This document shows, in pieces, positions 1 through 12,230 of a stretch of DNA of 64,000 nucleotides; within the stretch, counting starts at the first letter, position 1; each line of letters begins with the position of its first letter. Below the pieces are notes generated by a model that was not told the DNA's origin, did not search any database, and saw only the letters and a list, made by a program, of their open reading frames with translations. The position numbers were made by a program, and so were the translations under genes. The DNA is taken from NCBI RefSeq assembly GCF_006345805.1, contig NC_043004.1:93434001-93498000 (forward strand). Direction: 5' to 3'. The stretch is from Octopus sinensis. Taxonomy: Eukaryota.

Positions 1-31
1 AAAAACCGCATTATTTATAGAATGACCCGAT
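1..31. mobile_element. 3' terminal inverted repeat of a mariner-type element, cut by the window edge
   Basis: cgcattatttatagaatgacccga followed by TA resembles the TIRs of the element at 26500-27955. Confidence 0.55.
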
Positions 32-320
32 ATATATATTTATGTGTGTGTGTATGTGTGTGTGTGTGTGTGTGTGTATGTATATACACGCACGACGGGG
101 CTTCTTTCAGTTTCCGTCTACCAAATCTATTCAAAAGGCCCGGGACTATTGTAGAAAACACTTATCTAGGAGCCATATTATTGGGAAACAAACTTCTTAT
201 CATGCAGCCACGCAAATACTTAAATGCATACATGTACGCACGCACACACACACACATGTAGTTATATATATTCATACACATACATATATGTGTTTATATG
301 TATATATATGTATAGTTATA

Positions 321-678
321 ATGAGGATTCCGGTTGATCCGAATCAACGGAACAGCCTGCTCGTGAAATTAACGTGCAAGTGGCTGAGTACTCCACAGAC
401 ACGTGTACCCTTAACGTAGTTCTCGGGGATATTCAGCGTGACACAGAGAGTGACAAGGCCGGCCCTTTGAAATACAGGTACAACAGAAACAGGAAGTAAG
501 AGTGAGAGAAAGTTGTGGTGAAAGAGTACAGCAGGGATCACCACCATCCCCTGCCGGAGCTAGTGGAAGTTTTAGGTGTTTTCGCTCAATAAACACTCAC
601 AACGCCCGATCTGGGAATCGAAACCGGGATCCTATGACCGCGAGTCCGCTGCCCTAACCACTGGGCCATTGCGCCTCC
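321..678 (-). mobile_element. Young tRNA-derived SINE (family A), 3'-clipped, 14-bp TSD
   Basis: tRNA-like head with A/B boxes (ggaggcgcaatggcccagtggttagg...ggtttcgattccc). TSD tatgtatagttata at 307-320 and 679-692. Confidence 0.9.
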
Positions 679-1484
679 TATGTATAGTTATATACTTGTA
701 TGTGAGTGTGTATGTGCGTGCGTGAGTGCGCGCGTCTTCTCTAAATCCATTTATGTATCCTTAGGTTTCAGGACGCACCGGAGGCGACAAAAGTCATTGA
801 AATTTCAAGCACTTCGTCTGGTTCCGTACATTACGTTTCAAGAATAGTTTTGCCGATTCATGGTCCCCCGTCCAACATTTACACAACACTCCCGGTGTGT
901 GCGTGTGCGTGTGTGTATGTGTGTGTGTGTAAAATTTGCTTACTTTCCAGCTTTCGAACCTGGCCAGCTCTATCTTCCTATCTCTCTACCAACCAATCTA
1001 TCTATCAAACACTTCAGCCTATTTATTGTTTATCAAGGGCTGCATCCAAACAAGTGGCACTCGATTGCTTGGCATTAAATCACAAACACTGCGTCTCCTC
1101 CCGCAACCTTTTCTAATGCTAACATGATGGCCTCCGGTCCTCGAAGAACGGCGTTTGAATTCGCCAGGCAACAACTTGAGCCACTTCCCTCTTGATGAAG
1201 TCATCTTACATCACTGACCCGATCGATCCCAATCGCAAGCATAGGGAAAACGTCTCAATTATACTCCAGGCATTTCCTCGTCCGCAAGCATTATTCGTTC
1301 TTCTAGTTTTCTGCGACCCCTCTCTCTACCATTTTCTCCACCATCAGACATGCCATAGCAGTTACAAATGCTTCCTCGACCTTTTCAATGCATACACCAA
1401 GTTATACATATGTACACCTATAAGGATGTATGTCTGCACATGTGTGTATATGTTTGTATATGCGTTCATATATAGCTGGGAAGC

Positions 1485-1680
1485 GCAAGGCCACCCTGCC
1501 TGGCGAAGCTGCACCAACAAAGGTGCGACCTCCTACGAACAGAACAGGATTGTAGGGGTTCAAAGAAAACGCGAACTACGCGAGTCCAAAACCAGCTCCT
1601 TGCTTTCAGTCCCAACAGGCCACCAGTGTCCGACCTGCGGCAGAGTCTTCCGAACATACATTGGACAGGACTCACCGTGC
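1485..1680 (+). mobile_element. RTE-type LINE ORF2 C-terminal fragment
   Basis: WEAQGHPAWRS...YEQNR...RKR...CPTCGRVFRTYIG resembles the RTE terminal Cys motif region. Confidence 0.65.
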
Positions 1681-1980
1681 TCCGTCTTTTTTTTTTTTTT
1701 TCATGTGATGTCCTTTGGTCATCGTCGACAGCGACGGCCGAGCTAATACATATAGATATATATAACCTTTTATTCTTTTACTCTTTACTTGCTTCAGTCA
1801 TTTGACTGCAGCCATGCTGAATCACCGCCTTTTAGTCGAAGAAATCGACCTCAAGACTTCTTTGTAAGCCTAGTACTTATTCTATCGGTCTCTTTTGCCG
1901 AAACGCTATTACGGAGACGTAAACACTAATATCTGTTGTCATGATGGTGGGGAGACAAGCACAAACACACACATAAATAT

Positions 1981-2018
<38 letters not shown>

Positions 2019-2035
2019 ACATATATATATATATA

Positions 2036-2225
2036 GTTAATCCAAACAAGAAAGCACAAAAAAAACACAACAACGCGAGGACGTGGAACAAATATAGTAT
2101 TATTGGACGCTCAGGAAAGAAGGAAAGAAGGCGGGTTTAACGTTTCGAGCGGAGCTCTTCGTCGGAAACATAGGAGAAGGAAAGATCCAGAGAAGGGAAG
2201 ACAGAGGGAAAAAAATCTCCAACGG
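2036..2225 (-). mobile_element. Short hammerhead-bearing element (Penelope-like terminal-repeat derivative) inserted in the internal (TA)n of a SINE
   Basis: Homologous to 2563-2720 and to 25060-25245 (opposite strand). In all three, the end lying 3' of the ribozyme abuts a (TA)n tract. The PLE assignment is inference. Confidence 0.6.
2135..2169 (-). ncRNA. Minimal type-I hammerhead ribozyme motif (copy 1)
   Basis: Minus strand GUUU-CCGACGA-A-GAGC(UCC)GCUC-GAAAC-GUU-AAAC: stem I GUUU/AAAC, stem II 4 bp, palindromic ACGU stem III, GUU cleavage triplet. C instead of U at core position 4. Confidence 0.7.
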
Positions 2226-2501
2226 TACAGGGCTCCTTTCAATTTCCTTCTATCAAATCCACTCACGAGGCTTTGGTCGGCCTGATGCTATTGTAGTAGA
2301 CACTGGCACAAGGTGCCACGCAGTTGGACTGAACCCGGAACCACGTGGTTGGGAAGCAAGCTTCTTACCACGCAGCCACGCCTGCAGTAAATGATAGCGC
2401 ACGGTAAACAGTTATGATATTCACTGCTTTAAAGAACATACACGCGTTTCATCAAATTGCTGTAATAATTACATAACAGTTATGGAAACATTATACAGTC
2501 T

Positions 2502-2554
<53 letters not shown>

Positions 2555-2562
2555 TATATATA

Positions 2563-2720
2563 TAATCAATCCAAACATGAAACCACAAAAAAAAACACAA
2601 CAACGCGAGGACGTGGAACAAATATAGTATTATTGGACGCTCAGGAAAGAAGGAAAGAAGGAGGGTTTAACGTTTCGAGCGGAGCTCTTCGTCGGAAACA
2701 TAGAAGGAAAGATCCATAGT
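2563..2720 (-). mobile_element. Second copy of the hammerhead-bearing short element
   Basis: Near-identical to 2036-2190; follows the (TA)n tract at 2506-2562. Confidence 0.6.
2665..2699 (-). ncRNA. Minimal type-I hammerhead ribozyme motif (copy 2, identical to copy 1)
   Basis: Same 35-mer 530 bp from copy 1, in the same orientation, inside a ~140-bp duplicated segment. Confidence 0.7.
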
Positions 2721-3057
2721 TTCAAAACAAGCAATCGTTGGATTTGATCGTGAATCGTATGCACGACAAACATTTAGTAAATAAGTCGAGCAGTTTCGAG
2801 AAAAGGAGCTTTGATGACGCCATCGACATCAATGCCTCACAGGCATTTTTTAAAAATTTATTTATTTGTCGACCTTTGGGGAGATAAAAATCAAAGTTGA
2901 CTTAAGTAGGGTTTGAACCCAGACCATGAAGAGCCGAAAGAAATATAAGCAAGGCATTATTCCGATACTTTAACGATTCTGCCAAATCACCGCCCTGTCT
3001 GGTAAATTTATTAAAACTAACGCCGGCGATGTTGGCCTCACATGTTTTTGCTTTCGT

Positions 3058-3471
3058 CATTGTTGTTGTTGTTATTACTGTTGTTGTTGCGGCTGTTGTT
3101 ACTATTGTTGTTGTTGTTGTTTGATTGTTTATTTTGATGGAAGTGTGCGGTGAATGTGGTGAAGGCGAGGGTATTGTTTTTGTTATAAGCATATCTTCCT
3201 TTCGCTTCCTGTGTTTTGGAAGAAGGGAGGTGGGTGTGTTTTTGCTCCGTTAATGACCTTGACATCCTTAGCTTTTGTATTTTAGCATTCACCACCACCA
3301 CCACCAGTACCACCACCATCACCATCACCATCAACATCATCATCATTATCATCATCATCACCACCACCATCATCATCATAGTTGCGATAGCTAATGCTTT
3401 TTAAATTTTGTTGTGGGTGTGGCGGTAGGTTTGCTATTATAGTAGTAGCAGCAGCAGCAGTAGCAGTAGTG

Positions 3472-3526
<55 letters not shown>

Positions 3527-3548
3527 CGGTGGTGGATGTGGTGGTGAT
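3058..3548. repeat. Cluster of trinucleotide microsatellites (GTT, ACC/ATC, GTA/GCA)
   Basis: Seen directly. Confidence 0.9.
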
Positions 3549-3899
3549 GTTATTAAACGGAGAAAAAGGGGAACAAACTTTATAATCGACTGCAAAGACT
3601 GGAATCTTACTGTAGACGTTGTGTTGTGTTCGACTTCCTTCGAAGTCGTATTAATCAACTGCTTTCCTTATTCTGCAATGCTATAAACAGGCATGCTACT
3701 CTCAATTTCATAGTAAAACAGTTGATTGCAAGAAGAGCGTCTAGCTGGCGGATTAGGAGTCAAATGTGAAAATGAATGACTTGACATCTCGATTTTTAAA
3801 AAAGAGGTTGAGATCTGGAAATTATAAACTTATAACATCTGGAAATGATGGATTTGACATTTTGAAATAAGACTGACTTCCAAAAAAGAGCAAATTAAG

Positions 3900-4290
3900 A
3901 TTTGGAAATGAGTGAATTCGGACCTGGAAATGAGTAGATTGAAATCTGGAAATAGGTGAATTGAGATCTGGAAATGAGTGAATTGAGATCTGGAAATAAG
4001 TGAATTGAGGTCTGGAAATAAGTGAACTGAGGTCTGGAAATAAGTGAATTGAGGTCTGGAAATAAGTGAATTGAGGTCTGGAAATAAGTGAATTGAGGTC
4101 TGGAAATAAGTGAATTGAGGTCTGGAAATAAGTGAATTGAGGTCTGGAAATAAGTGAACTGAGGTCTGGAAATGAGTGAACTGTGATCTGGAAGTGAGTG
4201 AACTGAGATCTGAAAATAAGTGAATTGAGGTCTGGAAATAAGTGAATTGTGATCTTGGAGTGAGTGAACTGAGATCTGCAAATGGGTGAA
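3900..4290. repeat. 22-bp minisatellite (tctggaaataagtgaattgagg), about 17 units
   Basis: Period of 22 counted directly; central units homogeneous, edges degenerate. Confidence 0.92.
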
Positions 4291-4379
4291 TTAAAATGTA
4301 AGGATGTTATCAGGATACGATAAAGTTTTAATAGGGTTTCGGAAACTTCGGCCAGATTCTTTGATACATTGAAGAATAA

Positions 4380-5250
4380 TTTTTCAGCGAGAATCAGATC
4401 GTGTTAGACAGAGGACTCGTTTCCAACAGGCCATCACGTTGCGTGTCGATAAGATACTTGGATGCAGGAGATGAAACATCTGGAAACGATGAATTTCTTC
4501 AGCCACGGGGAATCTGATCGACAGGAAAAATGAAGTATAAACCGAAACAGGTCAAGCGAAGGATATACACACGTGTAAAAAACATAGTTGAGGATACAGA
4601 CACTTAGTATAGACAATATATGCTTAAAAGGGAGCTGAAAGCGGGATGAGAGGAAATAACCCGAGAAGAAGAGAAATAAGGAGATGTGGCGTTGAGAAAT
4701 GACTCTAGAAGCCTGGACAGAATTGTGAAAGGGTTTACAAGAGAAAGAAGCGGTTCATGTACACCGATTAAGAGTAAGGGTAGTCTAGATATTTGTAACG
4801 GGAGAGAAGCATTCAGTCAGATGGATTGAATGTTTTCAAAAAGTTCTGACCCGGCCACACTCGGTCGACATTTCTTGTCTTCTTTCAAGAGAAATATTTA
4901 GTGGATCAACAGCAGATGACAGAGGAGGATATCACAATAGGAGAAATCACCAAAGCCATTGATCGCCCGAAGGATGACAAGATCACAGGGGCTAGGACAA
5001 GATGAGGTAACCGCTTGGTCTAGCAGGAATGTGGCCAGAGCCTTCACAAGGTAGGTGAGATCGATGAGGTAAATGTTTCTGTTGAACATTTTGCAAGCTG
5101 ACTTTGGCCTCGAGAAGATATCGACGAAGAGGAAATTCCAAAGGTCTGATGTTTTGAGGCGTAAGAATTGTATAAAGTAGTTAATGTGGGTCTTTAAGGG
5201 GGAATATAAGGGAGTATTATATAGGGGATGGGAAAGAGAGAAATGAGTGA
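4380..5250 (+). mobile_element. Degenerate L1/Tx1-type LINE ORF2 remnant
   Basis: Broken reading EEDITIGEITKAIDRPKDDKITG resembles the RT-upstream ITxxEIxxAI...KxPG motif; many stops. Confidence 0.45.
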
Positions 5251-5329
5251 CTGGTAATGGAAAGCAGCATGAAGAGCAGAGGTGATAAGAAAGACTAAGC
5301 GACGAGATGCAGAAACTCTGTGGACCAAA

Positions 5330-5370
<41 letters not shown>

Positions 5371-5372
5371 TG

Positions 5373-5416
<44 letters not shown>

Positions 5417-6940
5417 AAGAGTATATGCGTGTGTTGGCGAGCTACTTCATCAGTTTGATGTGTTTTGGATGCAGTCTTGGAAATTCAGGTGTACATCAGC
5501 AGCACTGTTCTAGATATGGAAGTAGTGTTCTATGATGACTCTCACTTGAGTTGATGGTGAGCAAAGGCGATAACATACTCTCAGTTCGCGATTAAAGTCG
5601 TTGTCCCTATATATTTATACAGCTAATGGCTATGAGAAACGTGTGTCAGCCAAATATCCCATTTTCTCTCACGGACATTATAAGGCTTTCCCACCTAATA
5701 AAAAAGAGTGGCAGAAACTCATTCCCGTCAATTCCCTATTAAATGTGTAGTCTTCAAGCTATACGAGAAATCAATTAGATTGTCTATACGGTTTCGAATT
5801 TCGCTACTTGGAGTCATTTTAATTGATATAGGTCTCTGTTTATTTGATGACTTAAGCAGAGGGAGAAAACAACGGCTACCATCTCTTTTCAAACCTTCTA
5901 TGTGTGGTAGGAAGAAAGAAGAAAGTTGTCATGAGATCGAAGGCCTGTTTCCAATGCTTGCAACAATGCGGACACTGATGAAGTCACAACAGTTTCTATC
6001 TACGAAATTTCACTCACAAGGTTTTGGTCGACTCGAGGTTATAATAAAAAGTGCTTAGCCAAGGTGCGTACAATGGGATCTTAAGCATATAGCTATTCCT
6101 GAGAGGCGTGGCACACCGTAATGGTCCCTCGTTCTTGAAAATTTGTGATCTTACTAAAGCAGAGTGACAGATAGGGTAACAGATATAGGGAAAAGAGTGT
6201 TAGAAGGGGGGTAAAAAGGGAAAAGAGAGATTGAATAAAACAAGATATACAGAAGGAGTGACAAGGAGTATGAAAGAAAAGATTTTGAGAATGAATTGAA
6301 AGAATATAAACATTACTTAGAAAGAAGAGAACTGGAGAGAGAAAATGAGATGTAAAGTGATGACGGAAGCGTAAGAATGAAGGCAGAGAACTAGCTATAG
6401 AGAAAAGTGAGAGAGATACAGAGAGAGAAGGACGCAGACAGACGGACAGACAGACAGATAAGCGGGCAGACAGGCAGGCAGGAAGGCAGAGAGTTGGATA
6501 ATGAGGTTGAATAATAGGTAGAAATAGGAAGACAATGAGAGAAAGAGGGCAGAAATGCAAATGAGAAGCAAAGATATAAATAGAGAGAAAGAGAGAAAGA
6601 GAGGGAGAGAGAAAGAGGGCGGGAGAGAGTTTGTAGGTGAAAGACAAAACAAGGAAGAGAAAGAGTTGTAAGTTAAAGACGGCGTGACATGGAAAGAAGA
6701 CAGAAAACAGGGAATGAAAGATTGTTAAGAAGTGTGGCGGGAGGGCTATCGTCTGTTTTCTTGAAAATTATCTCAATGAGAAAACTCATTCATTTCTGAT
6801 GAATGTCTTATGTCTGTGTGTATGTTAGTCTATACTGATGTACACACCCCAATATACGTGCGTTGTGTTTGTGCGTGCGTCGAACATGTATGTGTATGCG
6901 TGCGTATCTGTACGTGTTTCTGAATATGTCTGTATGTCTA

Positions 6941-7048
<108 letters not shown>

Positions 7049-7139
7049 TATTTGCATATGTAGTCTTGCACAACTTCCGAACTGGAATCTGAAGACTCCA
7101 GTGATGTGTTTTCCAGTTGCCTAACATCTGCTTCCTATA

Positions 7140-7464
7140 TTCTCCACGCCACCATCCTCACCACACCACTGCCGCCGCCACCGCCATCGCCGCTGCCGCC
7201 ACTACCACCATCACCACCACTACCACCACCACCATCACCACCACCACCACAAATATCACCACTACCACCACCACAACCATCACCACTACCACCACCATCA
7301 CCAGCACCAGCACCACCACTACCACAACCATCACCACTACCATCACCCTCGTCACTACCTTGTTCACAGTTCCTCTTTCTCACTCCATCACCATCCACCA
7401 CCATCACCACCACAAGTTACAACCCTCACATCACCACCACCACCAACACCACCACCACCACCAA

Positions 7465-7517
<53 letters not shown>

Positions 7518-8830
7518 CCACCACCACCACCACCACCACCAAACTCCATCAAACAAGACCATCACGTACCACCCCGAATATCATACTATGATAGTTACTC
7601 AACTCCTTCGTCACCACCACCACCACAACCATTCATCTTTCCAGTTTCCACTTCTCTCTTATTCATCCAACTCACTACATTTCACACCCTCTCCTCCTCC
7701 TCTCCCACCCCTCCTTCTCCTCTCCCTCCTCGTCCACCTCGGCACCACCACCACCACAACCATCATCATCATCATCATCATCACCACCGCGAGCACAATT
7801 CTCCCCTACGGCCCCTTATATCATGCTATGCTATAATTTGACTTCACCACCACTACAACCGCCACTACCACCACGAGAAACAGCATCTACACTAGATCTA
7901 CTACTCTCTTCACTACCAATACTGTCAACGCCTACTCTAATACCGGTGTTACTACCACCAAAACCCCCGCCAGGCCATCACTGTCACACCACTACCACCA
8001 CCACCAACAACACCACCACCGCTGGTGCATCTACCACCACCATTACCACAATTATTACCATCACCATCATCGCCTTCATCACGACCAACACCATCACAGT
8101 GAACCACCACGACCACCGCCACCACCAATACTACCACAACCACCAATACCACCACCACCACCACCAACACAACCACCGCTACCATCACCACCACGGCAAA
8201 CCGTACCACCACTACTACCACAACCACCGCAACCACCACCACCACCACCACAACCATTAGCATCACCACCTCTACCACAGCCACAACCACCACGATCCTT
8301 GCTACTGCTACAACCAACACGTCAAACAGCATTACCACTACCACCTCTACAACCACCACCGCTACTACCACCATTGCTACAACAGCTACCACCAAAACCA
8401 CTACTATCTTAAACTTTACCATCACTACCACCACCACAACTGCCACCACCACCATCGTCAAGGCCACTACTACCACTACAACCACCACCACTGCCACCAC
8501 CACAACCGCCGCCGTCACCTCTACAACCGCCCGCATCCACCCCCACAGCCACCGCCACTGCCACCCCCACCCCCACAGCCACCGCCACCGCCACCCCCAC
8601 CCCCACCGCCACCCCCACAGCCACCGCCGCCACGACCACCACTCACCACCACCACCACTATCATAATCTCGGATGCCACCGCCACAACTACCACAACCAC
8701 CACCCCTTTAAAAAGTACCACAACCACCGTCGCCACCACCACCACCTCAAACAGTACCACTACAACCACCACCATCACCCCCGCAGCAACCACTACCACC
8801 ACCACCATTACTACTTCCACCACCATCTCC
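7140..8830. repeat. Cryptic (ACC/ACT/ATC)n trinucleotide low-complexity tract
   Basis: Mixed caccac/catcat/tactac repeats give poly-T/H/P translations in all frames. Confidence 0.9.
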
Positions 8831-9044
8831 GTATGTGTACTTGAACATCCTCCACCCGGCATCTTGATTGATAAGCGTTTCTAACAAACAAAAAACAAAA
8901 ACAATATGTGTTTCCAACGTAACACCAGTGTCTGTCATCACCAACTATTTACCACCCAGTCCAAAACTAACCATCACACCCTACCAGCACCACCATCCGG
9001 GCAACACAAACTCTTTTTTCATTTAATATATTTTATTTTCAAAT

Positions 9045-9605
9045 GGCGCAGCGAGCTGGCAGAATCGTTAGCACGCCGGGCGAAATGCCTAGCGGTATTT
9101 CGTCTGCTGCTACGTTCTGAGTTCAAATTCCGCCGAGGTCGACTTTGCCTTTCATCCTTTCGAGGTCGATTGAATAAGTACCAGTTACGCACTGGGGTCG
9201 ATATAATCGACTTAATCCGTTTGTCTGTCCTTGTTTGTCCTCTCTATGTTTAGCCCTTTGTGGGTAGTAAAGGAATAGGTATTTCGTCTGCCGCTACGTT
9301 CTGAGTTCAAATTCCGCCGAGGTCGACTTTGCCTTTCATCCTTTCAGGGTCGATTAAATAAGTACCAGTTACGCACTGGGGTCGATATAATCGACTTAAT
9401 CCGTTTGACTGTCTTTGTTTGTCCTCTCTGTAAAGAAATAGGTATTTCATCTGTCTTTACGATCTGAGTTCGAATTCCGCCGAGGCCGACTGCCTTTCAT
9501 CCTTTCGGCGTCGATAAATTAAGTAACAGTTTCGTACTGGGGTCGATCTAATCGACTGGTCCCCTCCCCCAAATTTTCGGGCCTTGTGCCTAGAGTAGAA
9601 AAGAT
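9045..9605 (+). mobile_element. SINE family C with tandemly re-duplicated body
   Basis: Head ggcg..gagctggcagaatcgttagcacgccgggcg followed by three iterations of the tacgttctgagttcaaattccgccgaggtcgactttgcc unit. Confidence 0.8.
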
Positions 9606-9828
9606 TGTTATTATTAGTTTGCGTGGGAGGAGCTCGTTTTCCAATGAAATTCTTAGAAATTAGTTTACTAGTTTGTTTATGTTTGTGCTGTGATGGAAGA
9701 CATATGTGTCTGTGTATATATGCAAGTATGTTGATAGGCACATACGTATGCATGTATTTAAATTATGTGCCTTATAAACATATATGTGCTTCTGCTTTTG
9801 TGATATATCTGGGTATGTATTACGTATA

Positions 9829-10066
9829 CAGTAATCCATCGATCATCGCGGTTGTTACGTTCAAAAACCTCCCACAAAAATAATTAAAATCTAAAAAAAT
9901 ATAAATACCTATTAGCGGCAGTAGCCCGCTATATACCGAGGAGTCCGCGATACAAATTTACATATGTTAGCCAGAAAAATCCGCGATGTACTGAGTGCGC
10001 GATAGGTGAACCGCGATGTACTGAGTGTGCGAAAGGTGAACCGCGATATGGTGAAGGATTACTCTG
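9829..10066. mobile_element. pogo/Tigger-type MITE with internal ~30-bp tandem subterminal repeats
   Basis: TA-flanked TIRs cagtaatcc...atcgcggtt / aaccgcgatatggtgaaggattactctg; repeated ccgcgatgtactgagtg. Confidence 0.7.
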
Positions 10067-10089
10067 TATATATGTGTGTGTGTATATGT

Positions 10090-10257
<168 letters not shown>

Positions 10258-11228
10258 TTATAATTTCTCCAAGTAATTAATAATTCGTATAGAATTATTT
10301 ACGAGAAACACTTCGCTAGGACCTAATTATGATGTACCCTGTGGTGTACATATGAATCTTGTTACCGAATATGCAAGTTCCTAGGGAACAAATTCCATAC
10401 TGGGCACTTTGAAGTAGCTTTTAATAAACTGATAATTTCAGTCGGCTGGTTATAAGATGTTTGAGATTTTTTTGTATATTCCTCCGTTCCTGGCCTTTTA
10501 TACTTAACCCTGCGTTACTGATAGCCTTATATTCCTTGTTATAAAGCAATTGTGTCATTTTTACACCGCCTGATGAGAGATACAGTTCTCGAAACGGAAC
10601 CTTATATTATATTATAGCTGAAAACCAGCAACATGATGGCATCTTGCATATAATGTTAATATCGAGCATCAGAAGTTGACTGTTTCTCTATATTATTTCA
10701 CGTTTAATATAAACTTAATATCATAATCCAAGTAACTGAAAAACTGACATAAATATTTGATGTGAAAAAAATCCTCGCTAACTTTAATTATGATGCAGCA
10801 AAAAAATGCACAAAACTAAACAAAAATACTGGGGGAAACACGAGAGGGGTGCTGCTACAGCGAGATAAACACGTGAACTGAGCGCGCGGAGACTGTTCTT
10901 GTTGGAAGAGCGTGTGCGAACTCAGCGCCGACTAGCGGTCTCTTGTATGAAACTCGCTCATACTGTGGATTATTTCCGCTCGTACTTCAAGACAAAAATT
11001 TGCGCGAGCCTCGGCTCATACAGCAAAATTATTCGTACAATGGTGCACTCATACTGCGCAGTTCTGCTGTATAATGCCTTCTGGCATGTATGTATAATGC
11101 CCTCTATATATAATAATATGTTCAATAAGAAATAATTATTTTCGAAATTTTTCTCTTATGAGGTTTTCACGCTATCTACCTGACAATTTCTTGTTAAGTT
11201 TTCCTTATTAAGTAGTTGTCCTTAATTG

Positions 11229-11296
<68 letters not shown>

Positions 11297-11313
11297 ATAT
11301 ATATATATTAAAC

Positions 11314-11523
11314 AATTGTAGCGTGGAAGGTGTTTGTAAGCCATTTAAGAAACACACAAAAGCCGTTCGATTCACTTTAACATTTAAGTTTAATTTGTCA
11401 ATATATTTTCGTCGCTTTAAGACCGCGACCTGTTCACTGACAAAAATCCGCGCAGCACGGAAGTGAATCGAACGGCTTTGTGTGTTTCTTAAATGGCTTA
11501 CAAACACCTTCCACGCTGCAATT
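11314..11523. repeat. Inverted repeat, 63-64-bp arms with an 83-bp spacer
   Basis: 11314-11377 versus the reverse complement of 11461-11523: one substitution and one 1-nt indel. Confidence 0.9.
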
Positions 11524-11601
11524 ATTTTCGTTTTAGCACACGATCTCAGATCAAATCACTTGCTATGCAAATACATCTCCCTATATATATATATATATAT
11601 A

Positions 11602-12230
11602 CGGTTTGATCAATAAGTATTCGGATTGTTGCTATGGTAACAAAGCTAAAGCACACAGAATGAAGCCGCTTAGCACGTATTGACCTTGACCTCTGCTGTG
11701 CATGCACACTAAGTTTCAACGTTCTAGCTCACATCTACCGTTTACAGCAGTGCTTGGAAGGAACGTGTGTAGCGTGTGATGGTTGGACTGACCATAACAG
11801 AGAAAGTTGTCATGGCGATACTCGCTCAGAGGCCTATGCAATGTTGCAGACAGTGTATGGAGAGGAGTGTACGAGCCGCACACAAGTGTACGAGCGGTTC
11901 AGATGTTTCCAAGATAGCCTTAAAATGTCGATATTGATGAACATTCTGGGAGAGCCGCGACCAGCAGAACTGAGAAAGACATCGCAGATGTGTGTACAGC
12001 TCTGAGGGGAAATCGTCGAATCACCATCCGTGAGCTATCAGAGGATGTGCAGATTAGTTACAGTTCAGTTCAGTCCATTATCACTGAAGATTTTGGTATG
12101 AGATGTGTGTCTGTCAAGCTTGTGCCAAAACTGTTTTCAGCTGACCAAAAAGACACTCGAGTTTCAGTTTGCACAAGATCTCCTTGATTGTGTCGAGAAC
12201 GATGAAAACTTTTTGAAAACTTTGCGTAGG
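11602..12230 (+). mobile_element. 5' part of a mariner transposon (TIR plus frameshifted HTH region)
   Basis: TA-cggtttgatcaataagt TIR; EAYAMLQTVYGEECTSRTQVYERF, GEPRP and NRRITIRELSEDVQISYSSVQSII motifs. Confidence 0.85.

Larger units (their letters stand above)
1770..2387 (-). mobile_element. SINE family B (tRNA-like head, internal CA/TA microsatellite)
   Basis: Recurrent motifs cagtcatttgactgcggccatgctggagcac and ccaaatccactcacaaggctttggtcggcc. Other copies at about 80-245, 25272-25505, 29070-29260, 29825-30265, 32110-32335, 33140-33530, 41560-42120 and 51620-52030. Confidence 0.75.

Noticed and set aside
344-596. Recurrent 61-90-aa ORFs MVVIPAVLFHH... and MFIERKHLK... in five places
   Set aside because: Incidental ORFs inside SINE-A copies; indels differ between copies.
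590-678. tRNA gene-like sequences at SINE heads
   Set aside because: They have A/B boxes but continue into a SINE body with TSDs; not standalone tRNA genes.
3900-4290. CRISPR-like regular repeats (also 40285-40525 and 35725-36010)
   Set aside because: Head-to-tail tandem units without unique spacers, in eukaryotic DNA with no cas genes.
5975-6012. CTGATGA...CGAAA motif
   Set aside because: No convincing stem II or stem I; overlaps a decayed SINE-B.
6093-6720. 184-aa hydrophobic ORF on the minus strand
   Set aside because: Product of a purine-rich low-complexity tract.
7106-8862. Long poly-Thr/His/Pro ORFs (mucin-like or His-rich)
   Set aside because: Translations of a cryptic trinucleotide tract, open on both strands, with no splice or domain support.
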